DNA of 64,000 nucleotides from Gammaproteobacteria bacterium (GCA_013041745.1 JABDRN010000035.1:35036-99035), one strand, 5' to 3'. Positions 19,227 through 31,519 are shown, counted from the stretch's first letter. The notes: a model not told the origin generated them from the letters alone. Made by a program: numbers and translations.

Positions 19227-21284
19227 GTGAAATTCAGAACATTAGACGATTACAGATCATTCAGTTACCCGCTCAGCGTCCTATTATTACTTAACTCTGC
19301 ATCACTAGATGCCGCTATCGAAGATGAGCTTTTCTTCGATATGCCGATAGTGTTGTCCGCCAATCGGCTGGAGCAGCGGGTATCAGAAGCGGCGGTCAGC
19401 ATATCTGTCATTGACCGTGAGACCATCGAAGCATCAGGCGCAAGAACCATCCCTGAGGTATTAAGGCTTATCCCGGGAATGCAGGTTGGTTATAGCGGCA
19501 ATGAGTTTGGCGATGAACCAAAATATGTCGTCGCTTACCATGGACAGAGTGACCAGTACTCCAAGCAGATGCAGGTGCTGGTCGATGGTAGATCGATATA
19601 CGAACCATTCTTTGGCGGTATCAACTGGAAATCAGTCCCTGTCAATATCGATGACATAGAAAGGATCGAAGTTTCACGTGGACCGAACCTGGCGACATAT
19701 GGTTCCAACTCCTTCCAGGCAGCGATAAATATCATCACTCGCACTGCTGCCGAAGACCAGGGCTCATACCTGCGGGCCAATGCGGGCAACCATGACATAG
19801 CAGATCTGACATACCGCTATGGTAACAGCAACGGCAATCTGGATTACAGAGTCACTGCGTCCACTCTCAACGATGACGGACTGGACAGCGGAAACCAGTT
19901 CGATCATCCCGACGACACGCAGAGCAACAATATCGATTACCGTCTCGACTACCAGATAAACAACAGCAACAGCATCAGCTACCAGGGCGGCTATGGCACC
20001 AACAGCCAGCAGGCAGACAGGAACCATGAAGACCTGATACCAACCGCGAGGACCATCGAAAACACACAGCTGTTCCAGTTCATTAAATGGGAAAGTGTGA
20101 TCAACACAGAAAACACCTTGCTAATGCAATATTATTACAACCTGTCTGATAAAGAAGACAGGTACTCCTCCGAACCCATACCTGCTGCCCCGTTTGATAC
20201 ATTCGTCCTGGATGTCGATGCCGATATAAAATCCGAGAGACATAACCTGGAACTGACTCATTTCATTACCCCCAATGAAAGTCTCAAGCTATGGTGGGGA
20301 TTGAGCGCACAGGCAGACCAGGTCAAGTCACCGCTTTACCTGGTCTCTGATGAAAAGATTACACATGAACAGTATCGTGTCTTTGCCAATATCGAATGGT
20401 TCATGAACCGGAAAAATATGCTAAATGTGGGCGGACTGTTGGAAAAAAATGACTTCAGTAAAACCGAATTCTCACCCCGAATCTCATTGACCCATGCTTT
20501 TAACAGGAAACATAAAGTCAGAGTCGGTATCAGCCAGGCAATCCGCAACCCATTTATATATGAAGCACTGGGTGAACTCAGTTATTCACAGGACTTGACT
20601 GTCGGTGGCGCACCGAGCGGATTAACGCTGCTCGAGAACGTCATCAGAGGCAATATCGAGCTTGAAAATGAGAAGATCATAAGCCATGAAATTGCTTATT
20701 TCGGTGAATTTATGGATGCTTCATTACTATTCAATGCCAGGTTATTTTATGACAAGGTGAGTAATTATATCGATACTCTGAGAGAGACTGATGCGCCACC
20801 TGGCGACCCGTCTGTCATCTTATATGATGATGTAGTGCTCGTTTTCAGAAACCCGATCGACAATGCCACTCAAGGCCTGGAACTGGAGCTGGATTATCAT
20901 ATCGACAACACCCTGAGGCTTATCGCCAGCGGCGCAATAATAAACATAAACAGTAATTCACTGGCGATGTCGCTTTCAGCACCGCAACATAGCTTCTCGC
21001 TGTTCCTGACTAAAGACTTCAATGAGAAATACAACGGAAGCCTCGGTTATTACTATGTGGAAGACTTTACCTGGACAGATTCCAGGGGAACCGGCGATTA
21101 CAACATACTGGATATCCGTGCTTCCAGAAACTTTCGTTTTGATAAAACACATGGCAGCCTGTCGATCGTCCTGAAGAACCTACTGGACGACTACAGTGAC
21201 TACAACGCCAACCCACGTAACAGCACTTCGCCACTAGTCATTCAAAATACCGTGGCGTATCTAGACTTCAGATTGAGTTTCTAA
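19227..21284 (+). CDS. TonB-dependent outer-membrane receptor (GTG start)
   Basis: Signal-like N-terminus, plug motifs SVIDRETIEASGARTIPEVLRLIPGMQV and IERIEVSRGPNLATYGSNSFQAAINIIT, a long beta-barrel, and a terminal aromatic (FRLSF). Confidence 0.85.
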   Translation: MKFRTLDDYRSFSYPLSVLLLLNSASLDAAIEDELFFDMPIVLSANRLEQRVSEAAVSISVIDRETIEASGARTIPEVLRLIPGMQVGYSGNEFGDEPKYVVAYHGQSDQYSKQMQVLVDGRSIYEPFFGGINWKSVPVNIDDIERIEVSRGPNLATYGSNSFQAAINIITRTAAEDQGSYLRANAGNHDIADLTYRYGNSNGNLDYRVTASTLNDDGLDSGNQFDHPDDTQSNNIDYRLDYQINNSNSISYQGGYGTNSQQADRNHEDLIPTARTIENTQLFQFIKWESVINTENTLLMQYYYNLSDKEDRYSSEPIPAAPFDTFVLDVDADIKSERHNLELTHFITPNESLKLWWGLSAQADQVKSPLYLVSDEKITHEQYRVFANIEWFMNRKNMLNVGGLLEKNDFSKTEFSPRISLTHAFNRKHKVRVGISQAIRNPFIYEALGELSYSQDLTVGGAPSGLTLLENVIRGNIELENEKIISHEIAYFGEFMDASLLFNARLFYDKVSNYIDTLRETDAPPGDPSVILYDDVVLVFRNPIDNATQGLELELDYHIDNTLRLIASGAIININSNSLAMSLSAPQHSFSLFLTKDFNEKYNGSLGYYYVEDFTWTDSRGTGDYNILDIRASRNFRFDKTHGSLSIVLKNLLDDYSDYNANPRNSTSPLVIQNTVAYLDFRLSF

Positions 21285-21299
21285 CACCACATCGACAGA

Positions 21300-22283
21300 A
21301 TGAACAGGAACCAACAACATGGAGTAATACGAAATAGCAGCTTACTGCTGCTATGCATGTTATTGATCTTGACATTCTACCCTGCTTCACCTGCTGCTTC
21401 ACCGAAAGTGAGCGAGCGATCACCTCATGTCTATATCGTTTTTTCGCCTGATAATCAGCTGCATTCAAACATCGTCAAAAAATTCTCGAAAGACTTACAA
21501 CGCAGACGTCCATCTATAGTCATCGTAAATGTCACACCCGGGGAAAAGATAAAAACAATAGATAGCGATACAGATATCATCATCGGTATCGGAGGTGAAG
21601 GTATGAAAAGTGCAGACACACACTATCCGAAGATTAAAAAACTCTTCATCTCTACCGATCCTAACAAATATAAACTTGATAGAGATAGAAACAGTAATGA
21701 TTCAATCCTGTACATGACCCAGGCTTATTGCAGGCAGGTACGCTTAATACGACAGCTCAACAGGCAATGGAAGATCATAGGTATACTAAACAGCCGTGAA
21801 AAACCGATAGACAGTACAGAGATACGGCGATGCGCGAACGAGCATAATTTAAAAGTATATATAGTGAGCACTACTGTTGAAGACAATATAACAGATAAAA
21901 TAAGACATGCGCTTCATCACTCCGATGTATTGCTTGCCCTGCCGGACAAAAATATTTATAACAGCAGGACAGTGAAGAATATACTGCTGACTAGTTATCG
22001 GTACAGAAAACCGGTCATCGCTTTTTCAAAAAATTTCGTCAATGCCGGCGCACTCGCGGCAATCTACAGCGATACAGACAAGATCGCCATCAGCGCGAGC
22101 AAAATCATAGAACAATATTTTTATTCAACGACACCTATCGAGCAGGTTAATTACCCTGATGCGTTTGATATAAGTATCAATAAACAGGTATTCAGAGCTC
22201 TTGATATTCAGATACCCGATATCGAGACAATCAAGATGAGCCTTCAGCAGATAGAAACAGATGCTTCAGGTAGCTTGAGATGA
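21300..22283 (+). CDS. Periplasmic substrate-binding-like protein (resembles the ABC_sub_bind family). No cognate permease or ATPase is nearby.
   Basis: Has a signal peptide. WKIIGILNS ... DVLLALPDKNIYNSRTVKNILLTSYRYRKPVIAFSKNFVNAGALAAIYSD matches the D-x-iy-x-pDn...kiPv...v..GAlaa pattern I recall for that family. Not verified by HMM. Confidence 0.55.
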   Translation: MNRNQQHGVIRNSSLLLLCMLLILTFYPASPAASPKVSERSPHVYIVFSPDNQLHSNIVKKFSKDLQRRRPSIVIVNVTPGEKIKTIDSDTDIIIGIGGEGMKSADTHYPKIKKLFISTDPNKYKLDRDRNSNDSILYMTQAYCRQVRLIRQLNRQWKIIGILNSREKPIDSTEIRRCANEHNLKVYIVSTTVEDNITDKIRHALHHSDVLLALPDKNIYNSRTVKNILLTSYRYRKPVIAFSKNFVNAGALAAIYSDTDKIAISASKIIEQYFYSTTPIEQVNYPDAFDISINKQVFRALDIQIPDIETIKMSLQQIETDASGSLR

Positions 22284-25039
22284 GACAACTAGGCATAAAC
22301 AAACAGATCCTGGTCATTGCAATCTTTCCCGCACTGGCTGTTTCCGCCATCCTGTCGTCATACTACATCTGGGACCAGCTGGAATACATCTCTGAATCAC
22401 TGAACAGCAGTGGTAACCTCATTGTAAAACAGCTTGCTCCAGCTGCCGAGTATGCTGTTTACTCCGGAAACATCGAACTCATCGAGCCCCTGGTCAACAG
22501 TACGATAGATAACAATCCTGTCCTTCGCATACAGATTCTTGATAAATATGATAATAATATCCTCGATATCGATGCCCCTGAAAAAGAAGTGAAACACAGC
22601 TTCTTATTCGAAAAAGTGTTTGAAGATGAAAGGTATTTCATATTCAGTGAACCTATCTATTCACAACAGATATCGATTGATGACGATGAGAGTAGACCAG
22701 CGAAGATAGACACGGACGCAAAAAACATAATCGGCAGGGTGATAGTAACGATAACCAACAAGTTTGCCATTCAGCAAAAAGTCAAACAGGTGAATCATGG
22801 GGTCATTATCACCCTTATTATTTTACTTATTACCATGCTGGCGATTATCAAGGCCAGTAAGGTGATAACACAACCGATAAAATCGCTAACTCATACAGTC
22901 AGAAATATAACTGCCGGAGACCTGGATTCTCCGATCGAACTGAGCTCGACAGGTGAACTAGGCGTCCTCGAATCCTGTATCAATCATATGAAGAACGAGC
23001 TGAAAGATTCCAGGACTGATCTGGAGATACAGCTCAATGTATACACGGATGAGCTCCAGCAGACACTGGAAGAGCTGGAGATTAGAAATGCAGAACTTGA
23101 TATAACACGCTCTAAAGCGATTTATGCCAATAATGCGAAGTCAGAATTTCTTGCCAACATGAGCCATGAGATAAGAACACCGTTGAGCGGAATTATCGGC
23201 TTTACTGAATTATTGCAGGGTACACAGCTGACCGCACAGCAAAAAGACTATGCGAACACTATCTTCAAATCATCTAAACATCTACTCGAGATAATCAATG
23301 ATGTTCTCGACTTATCAAAGATCGAGTCTGGTAAAACAGAGATCAACACCAGTGAATTCAACCTGGTCGACATCATCGAAGACATTATCAATCTGCTGAG
23401 TACCAGCGCGCTGGAAAGGAATGTTGAACTTTTATACAGGATCGAAAAAGATGTACCAACAGTCATCCAATCTGACCCATTCCGAATACACCAGATACTC
23501 ACCAACCTGATCGGTAACGCCATCAAGTTCACAGAAAAGGGATATGTCTACCTGCAAGTAACACTCGGTGAGATCAAAAATACTGAAACCAGTATCAAAT
23601 TCACTGTTTCAGATACTGGAATAGGCATGAGCACTGCTGACAAGAAAAAATTATTTAAAGCTTTCACCCAGGCAGATACCAGTATCACACGTCGATTCGG
23701 TGGTACCGGCCTGGGGCTGGTGATCTCACGAAAACTAACGATGTTGATGAAAGGTGAGATGGGCTTTGACAGTACCGAAGGTGAAGGTTCTACATTCTGG
23801 TTCAGCGTGCCGGTAATGCCTGTTGCAGTCGAGTTCGAATCATCAGATTTAGACGACGCGAGAATCGCTTTAATATGCAATCACTTCATAGCTCGACAGG
23901 CATTTAAAACGATATTTGAAAACTGGCACTGCCAGGTCAATGACTATTCAACAGAAAGTATAGACAGGCTTTCAGAGATCGAAGAGAACAACGATATCAT
24001 CGTATTCTTCCTTAGCCGCAAAGAGATTATCAATGACATCCTTTCTGAGAACACGAGTAAGCTTGTTTTTTCCATACCATCGTTACTTATCGCCAGTACA
24101 CGCTCTCACACAGACCTGAGGAACCTGCAGCAGCATGGATTTGACAACGCGGTATTCACCTCAGAAAAAATTGAGATAATCAAACAGAAGCTGATAACGT
24201 CTGTAAACAAGAAGACCCAGGAGTATGATACAGACAGGATCGAACATGCGGCAAAGTCGACGGTTGACTGGTCGAACATAAACATCATGGTGGTTGATGA
24301 TAATGATGTTAATTTACGTCTTGCTGAAATCATCCTGCACAAACACAAAGCACGTGTCACCACTGCCCTGTCTGGCGCCCAGGCTCTAGACTATGCCGGC
24401 ATGAACTCTTACGACATCATTTTCATGGACCTGCATATGCCAGGACTTGACGGCTATGAAACAACACAGAAGATCCGAGAGATAACGCCAGGCAGACAAC
24501 CTGTGATAATCGCACTTACGGCGAATGCGATGCCAGGGGAAAAAGAAAAAGTCATGCAAGCTGGCATGAACGGGATATTGATCAAACCTGTCAGTGATAG
24601 CATATTACAGAAAGTGATCAATCAGTGGGTACTTAAAGAGCCAATAAAAACTTCTGATATCAGTGATACCGACAATACTCTGAAGCATGATGAAGACGAT
24701 ACCGACTCGGTATTCTCTATCCAGCTTGCTAAAGAGTTCACCGGCAACAATGAAGAACTGGCCTATGAACTTTTCGATATGCTGCGTGCAGAACTTGACA
24801 GCTACAGAGGAGCGATCTTACTGGCGGTTGAGAACAGCGACCTTGATAAATTACGCGAGACAGTACACAAACTGCATGGTGCCAGTCGCTGCTGTGGTAC
24901 CACCGAGCTGAAACTGAGCAGTAGCCACATAGAAGCCATGATCACGCAAAACATCAAGTTCGATATCAAGAAAGAAGCAGACGTCTTATTAAAGGCGATC
25001 AATAAAGTTGCTGATTACAAAGTAAAAGCTAATAGTTAG
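22280..25039 (+). CDS. Hybrid sensor histidine kinase (periplasmic domain, HAMP, HisKA, HATPase, pseudo-receiver, REC, HPt)
   Basis: H-box SHEIRTPL, N/G boxes LTNLIGNAIKFT, DTGIGM and GGTGLGL. Receiver region VVDDNDVNL...DIIFMDLHMPGLDG...LTANAM. HPt motif HKLHGASRCCG. 4-nt ATGA overlap with the upstream gene. Confidence 0.9.
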   Translation: MRQLGINKQILVIAIFPALAVSAILSSYYIWDQLEYISESLNSSGNLIVKQLAPAAEYAVYSGNIELIEPLVNSTIDNNPVLRIQILDKYDNNILDIDAPEKEVKHSFLFEKVFEDERYFIFSEPIYSQQISIDDDESRPAKIDTDAKNIIGRVIVTITNKFAIQQKVKQVNHGVIITLIILLITMLAIIKASKVITQPIKSLTHTVRNITAGDLDSPIELSSTGELGVLESCINHMKNELKDSRTDLEIQLNVYTDELQQTLEELEIRNAELDITRSKAIYANNAKSEFLANMSHEIRTPLSGIIGFTELLQGTQLTAQQKDYANTIFKSSKHLLEIINDVLDLSKIESGKTEINTSEFNLVDIIEDIINLLSTSALERNVELLYRIEKDVPTVIQSDPFRIHQILTNLIGNAIKFTEKGYVYLQVTLGEIKNTETSIKFTVSDTGIGMSTADKKKLFKAFTQADTSITRRFGGTGLGLVISRKLTMLMKGEMGFDSTEGEGSTFWFSVPVMPVAVEFESSDLDDARIALICNHFIARQAFKTIFENWHCQVNDYSTESIDRLSEIEENNDIIVFFLSRKEIINDILSENTSKLVFSIPSLLIASTRSHTDLRNLQQHGFDNAVFTSEKIEIIKQKLITSVNKKTQEYDTDRIEHAAKSTVDWSNINIMVVDDNDVNLRLAEIILHKHKARVTTALSGAQALDYAGMNSYDIIFMDLHMPGLDGYETTQKIREITPGRQPVIIALTANAMPGEKEKVMQAGMNGILIKPVSDSILQKVINQWVLKEPIKTSDISDTDNTLKHDEDDTDSVFSIQLAKEFTGNNEELAYELFDMLRAELDSYRGAILLAVENSDLDKLRETVHKLHGASRCCGTTELKLSSSHIEAMITQNIKFDIKKEADVLLKAINKVADYKVKANS

Positions 25040-25052
25040 TATGCATTAAATA

Positions 25053-25790
25053 TCACACCCTTGCCTCTCGCATCAACCGCTTATATTCAGATATTGCTTT
25101 TTCAAGCCCGGTAAAAATACTGTCGGCGATGATCGCATGCCCGATATTCAATTCTCTAAGCTGCGGCAAAGCCGCTATTTCTTGTATGTTTTGCCGGTTT
25201 AAACCATGACCAGCATTGACCTGTAGACCAATTTTATCGGCGTGTTCACAGGCAATTTTTATTTCATTAAACAACCTGTTTCGTTCTGATCTGTTTTCTG
25301 CGTCAGCAAAGTGCCCAGTATGTATTTCTATCACCGGTGCCCCCGTTCTTTTTGCCGCATCTATCTGATGCAGATCGGCATCGATAAAAAGTGATACTTT
25401 CGTTCCTGCCTCAGCCAACTTCGCACAGGCGTCGGTAATAGCTGCTTCGTAACGGATCACATCGAGACCACCTTCCGTCGTCAGTTCTTCTCTCTTCTCA
25501 GGAACCAGGCAACAATCTTCAGGTTTGACATCGCTTGCGATCGTGATCATCTCGTCAGTGACTGCCATCTCCAGGTTCATTCTTGTCAGCATACGCTCTT
25601 TTAACAGGTAGACATCACGATCCTGGATATGACGCCGGTCTTCACGCAGATGCAGGGTGATACTGTCTGCACCTGCCTGTTCGACCTGTAAAGCGGCATG
25701 TACTGGATCGGGATACCGTGTACCCCTGGCCTGTCTCAAAGTCGCCACATGATCGATGTTCACACCCAGGAGTAATCGGCTGGTATTCAC
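25053..25790 (-). CDS. pdxJ: Pyridoxine 5'-phosphate synthase
   Basis: [31 protein letters not shown], and EIHTG...NAGHGL. 245 aa. Confidence 0.95.
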   Translation of the reverse strand: MNTSRLLLGVNIDHVATLRQARGTRYPDPVHAALQVEQAGADSITLHLREDRRHIQDRDVYLLKERMLTRMNLEMAVTDEMITIASDVKPEDCCLVPEKREELTTEGGLDVIRYEAAITDACAKLAEAGTKVSLFIDADLHQIDAAKRTGAPVIEIHTGHFADAENRSERNRLFNEIKIACEHADKIGLQVNAGHGLNRQNIQEIAALPQLRELNIGHAIIADSIFTGLEKAISEYKRLMREARV

Positions 25791-25818
25791 TTGATTTATT
25801 CTCGCTAGTTAAATTACA

Positions 25819-25853
25819 TTACAGATATGTTTTCCTGATTTTACAGAAAATGT
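25819..25853. promoter_or_regulatory. Direct repeat TTACAGAnAnTGTT x2 with a 21-bp period in the pdxJ<>cyclase divergent region
   Basis: ttacagatatgtt at 25819-25831 and ttacagaaaatgtt at 25840-25853. The two-helical-turn spacing suggests a response-regulator-type binding site. No regulator is assigned. Confidence 0.25.
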
Positions 25854-25939
25854 TCGACATATTCCTTATTCGTAGTATTAAGATGGTTTATTTGCTATTT
25901 TCATATGTACTCAAACAACAATAATAATCGGGATTCTTC

Positions 25940-28147
25940 GTGGATATTCAACGCATTATACGATATGCATTAAGCCTGGTGCTTACCCTGCTATTCCTGC
26001 TCCATGTCGGCGAAGTCATCAATATCCCTATTCTGACCAGCCTGGAAAACCAGGCCTATGATGCACGCCTGAAAATAACACTACCTGAGAATGTCGATAA
26101 GCAGGTCGTCATCGTAGACATCGATGAAAAAAGCCTCGATGAGATCGGTCAATGGCCATGGAACCGCAACATCCTGGCAACGATTAATGATGTGCTTTTT
26201 GACCATTACCAGATAAAAGCTATCGGATACGATATTGTCTTCGCTGAAGAAGATATCGATGAGGGCACGAAACTACTGAATAGCATGGCTACAGGATCAT
26301 TGCAGAATGATCCTGTGTTCATCGAAGAGTATCAGCGGGTGATACCATCGCTACAGCATGATCAACGTTTTGCTGAAGCACTTAAAGACAGAAAGACCGT
26401 GATGGGCTTTGTTATGGATACCGACTCCATCAAGGGTGAGCTACCCAGGGCCATCGCCGAACTGGACAATAATACTTTAAAAAAGTTAGCCATTCATAAA
26501 GCAGAGGGCTATACCGCAAACTTGAGAGCACTTCAGAGCAGCGCCTTCAGCGGTGGATTTTTTAATAACCCGCTACTCGATTATGACGGTGTGTTCCGCC
26601 GCGTCCCCCTGCTGCAGACACATGAGAACGAACTGCATGAATCACTGGCACTAGCGCTGACACGGGCGGCAACCGGCTCGCCGGCTATAGAGATGGTGGT
26701 CGAAACCAGTGAAGAAAGTGACGACCTGTTCCTCGAATGGATCACCATCGGCGAGATCGCCATCCCGGTCGATCATAGCTCGGGGGTATTGGTACCGTAT
26801 ATAGGCAAACGCAAGAGTTTCGAATACATATCGGCAACTGATGTATTAAACAAGCGGGTTGATAAAAATATCCTCGAGGGCAAGATCACGCTATTCGGTA
26901 CTTCAGCACCCGGCCTGCTCGATCTGAGGACGACCCCACTGGAGCCGGCTTATCCAGGAGTGGAAGTTCATGCCAATATCATTCAGGGTATCCTTGATGG
27001 TCGTATACTTCATGCGCCAGGCTATACCAAAGGATTTGAGTTTATACTGATCAGTTTTATCGGTATCGTTCTGACCTTCACATTGCCAATGCTATCTGCG
27101 CTCTATTCCACCCTGGTCATACTCGGCAGTATCGTATTACTTATCACGACGAACTTTTATGCATGGACGAATGCACAACTGGTGTTACCCATCGCTGCGC
27201 CAGTGTTACTCGTGGTAGTGTTATTTGCCCTGCAGATGACGTATGGCTTCTTCGTTGAGTCCCGCGGTAAACGCCAGCTGGCACATCTCTTTGGTCAATA
27301 TGTACCTCCCGAGCTGGTCGAGGAGATGAGCCTAAAGATGGAAGACATAAACCTCGATGGCGAAATGCGTGAGATGTCGGTTCTATTCTCAGATGTACGT
27401 GGCTTCACCACCATCTCGGAAAGCCTGGAACCAAAAGAGCTGACCGACTACATCAATGCCTTCCTGACACCGATCACCAAAGTTATACATGATCATCGCG
27501 GCACTATCGACAAGTATATGGGCGATGCAGTGATGGCATTCTGGGGCGCCCCGCTGGAAGATGACCTGCATGCGCTACATGCGCTAAACGCTGCAACCGG
27601 TATCGTAGAACGCATGAAGTCACTACGTAAAGAATTCTCTGAAAAGAACTGGCCGGAGATCTATGTCGGCGTCGGAGTTAATACAGGCAACATGAACGTA
27701 GGCAACAAAGGTTCAGAATTCAGGGTCGACTATACGGTTCTCGGAGATGCGGTAAACCTGGGTTCACGCCTGGAAGGACTGACGAAAGTTTATGGGGTAG
27801 ACATCATCACCAGTGAATTTACCAGACATGCAGTACCAGAATACGAATACCGAGAGCTGGACCGGGTACGCGTCAAGGGTAAAGACAAACCCGTCTCTAT
27901 CTATGAACCCCTCGGCCTGCTGGAAGATATCAGTAAAGATGAGCGTAAACTTCTGAAGCAGTTTCATATCGGTATAAAGCAGTTTCGCGCGCAGAACTGG
28001 GATGCCGCTGAACGCGAAATTTTCGCACTCAGCCAGTTAGAACCTGATCGTAAGATTTATAAGATATATCTCGATCGCATCATGTTCTACCGTGAACACC
28101 CGCCCGCTGAAGACTGGGATGGCAGCTTCACGCACACATCGAAATAA
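25940..28147 (+). CDS. CHASE2-domain transmembrane class III adenylate/guanylate cyclase (GTG start)
   Basis: CHASE2 signature VVIVDIDEKSLDEIGQWPWNRN, a TM cluster at aa ~365-440, and cyclase core VLFSDVRGFTTISE...GDAVMAFWGAP...GVGVNTGNMNVGNKGS...YTVLGDAVNLGSRLE. Confidence 0.85.
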   Translation: MDIQRIIRYALSLVLTLLFLLHVGEVINIPILTSLENQAYDARLKITLPENVDKQVVIVDIDEKSLDEIGQWPWNRNILATINDVLFDHYQIKAIGYDIVFAEEDIDEGTKLLNSMATGSLQNDPVFIEEYQRVIPSLQHDQRFAEALKDRKTVMGFVMDTDSIKGELPRAIAELDNNTLKKLAIHKAEGYTANLRALQSSAFSGGFFNNPLLDYDGVFRRVPLLQTHENELHESLALALTRAATGSPAIEMVVETSEESDDLFLEWITIGEIAIPVDHSSGVLVPYIGKRKSFEYISATDVLNKRVDKNILEGKITLFGTSAPGLLDLRTTPLEPAYPGVEVHANIIQGILDGRILHAPGYTKGFEFILISFIGIVLTFTLPMLSALYSTLVILGSIVLLITTNFYAWTNAQLVLPIAAPVLLVVVLFALQMTYGFFVESRGKRQLAHLFGQYVPPELVEEMSLKMEDINLDGEMREMSVLFSDVRGFTTISESLEPKELTDYINAFLTPITKVIHDHRGTIDKYMGDAVMAFWGAPLEDDLHALHALNAATGIVERMKSLRKEFSEKNWPEIYVGVGVNTGNMNVGNKGSEFRVDYTVLGDAVNLGSRLEGLTKVYGVDIITSEFTRHAVPEYEYRELDRVRVKGKDKPVSIYEPLGLLEDISKDERKLLKQFHIGIKQFRAQNWDAAEREIFALSQLEPDRKIYKIYLDRIMFYREHPPAEDWDGSFTHTSK

Positions 28148-28325
28148 CCTGATAGTAAGACACTGTTTTTAGAATGGAAATCATTTTAAATCAGATTATT
28201 CGAAGCTCGCATGAAAATACGAGCCAGTTCATAAGAACTATGGATAAGGCTGTGCAATCCTGGCATTTTCGTCTATAACTATTAAAACCAGTACTACCTT
28301 TGATAACCTGCAGCGGTCATTCTGT

Positions 28326-29321
28326 ATGCGAGATAGAAGATCAACCTATGACATCACGGATGCCGTTCAACTTACATACACCGATAGTGTTCTCGAAGCT
28401 GTATGCACAGTTTTTCGTAACGTATTTACACAGTTCAATGAAGATGCACTAAAACAGGCATTTGATGATTGCGAGCGGCTGTTCGAAGGCGATTATCCCA
28501 CATACCTGCCCTGCGACACCCTGTATCACGACAAGCAGCACTCTATGGATATGACACTGGCACTGGCGCGGCTTATCAACGGTCATGAACGCAGTGCAGC
28601 CAGGGACGAACGCCTGGGAGCAGACAGAGCAGTCATCGCGATCATCACTGCGCTGTATCATGACTCCGGATATATCCGCCACGAGAATGATCACCGACAT
28701 TTCAACGGTGCAGAATATACATCGATCCATGTATCACGCAGCGCAGAATTCCTGAAACGCTACCTGCACAAGATCAATCTCGGTGAATACGCTCAGATCA
28801 CAGCTAATATGGTGCATTACACTGGATACGAAATACCCCCTGCACATATCCGTTTACCTGATGAAAAGTGGCATACCATCGGACAGATGCTCGGTACCGC
28901 TGACCTCATCGCTCAGATGTCTGATCGCTGTTACCTGGAGAAATGCCGCGACCGTCTATACCCGGAGTTAGTACTCGCTGGAATGACCGTCAAGTTAGAT
29001 GAACAGGGAAACGAAACCATTATCTACAAATCTGGTGAAGACCTGCTCAGAAAGACCCCTGCCTTTTATGAAAATGAGGTCGAGCACCGATTGAATGAAT
29101 TATTCAACAAAGTCTACAGCTATGAGATAGCGCATTTCGAAGGCGAAAACCACTACATCAAAGGTCTCGGAAAAAATCAGGCACGTCTGAAAAAAGTGTT
29201 AGATGCGGATGACTTCAGCATGTTACGCAGGCGCCCACCTGAAAACTATGGCACCAGGCACTTTCCAGGGCTTGAAGCATACCTGAATCAGCACCCGCTA
29301 AACAAAACGAAACACGTATAA
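28326..29321 (+). CDS. HD-domain metal-dependent phosphohydrolase, substrate unknown
   Basis: H...HD...D pattern: YHDKQHSMDM, ALYHDSGYIRH and GTADLIAQM. 331 aa. Confidence 0.55.
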   Translation: MRDRRSTYDITDAVQLTYTDSVLEAVCTVFRNVFTQFNEDALKQAFDDCERLFEGDYPTYLPCDTLYHDKQHSMDMTLALARLINGHERSAARDERLGADRAVIAIITALYHDSGYIRHENDHRHFNGAEYTSIHVSRSAEFLKRYLHKINLGEYAQITANMVHYTGYEIPPAHIRLPDEKWHTIGQMLGTADLIAQMSDRCYLEKCRDRLYPELVLAGMTVKLDEQGNETIIYKSGEDLLRKTPAFYENEVEHRLNELFNKVYSYEIAHFEGENHYIKGLGKNQARLKKVLDADDFSMLRRRPPENYGTRHFPGLEAYLNQHPLNKTKHV

Positions 29322-29327
29322 TTTAGG

Positions 29328-31370
<2,043 letters not shown>

Positions 31371-31411
31371 TCACTGAGATACTGAAAAAAGTCTTTATGA
31401 ACACGTCTGTG

Positions 31412-31481
31412 TGAGCGAAGCGCGGCGATCCTGTCAAGCGGCCAAGCTGCCTGTTGGAGATTGCCGCGCTTCGCTCGCAAT
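31412..31481. repeat. Hairpin repeat with 18-bp arms, copy 2 of the cattgcgagcgaagcgcggcaatc family
   Basis: Arms are gagcgaagcgcggcgatc (31412-31429) and gattgccgcgcttcgctc (31458-31475), with one mismatch. The right arm plus gcaatg is the reverse complement of the 848-871 unit. Lies in the zipA-ligA spacer. Confidence 0.55.
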
Positions 31482-31519
31482 GGCGTTAAGACTTCGTCTC
31501 TCTGCTGTAAAATAAACCT

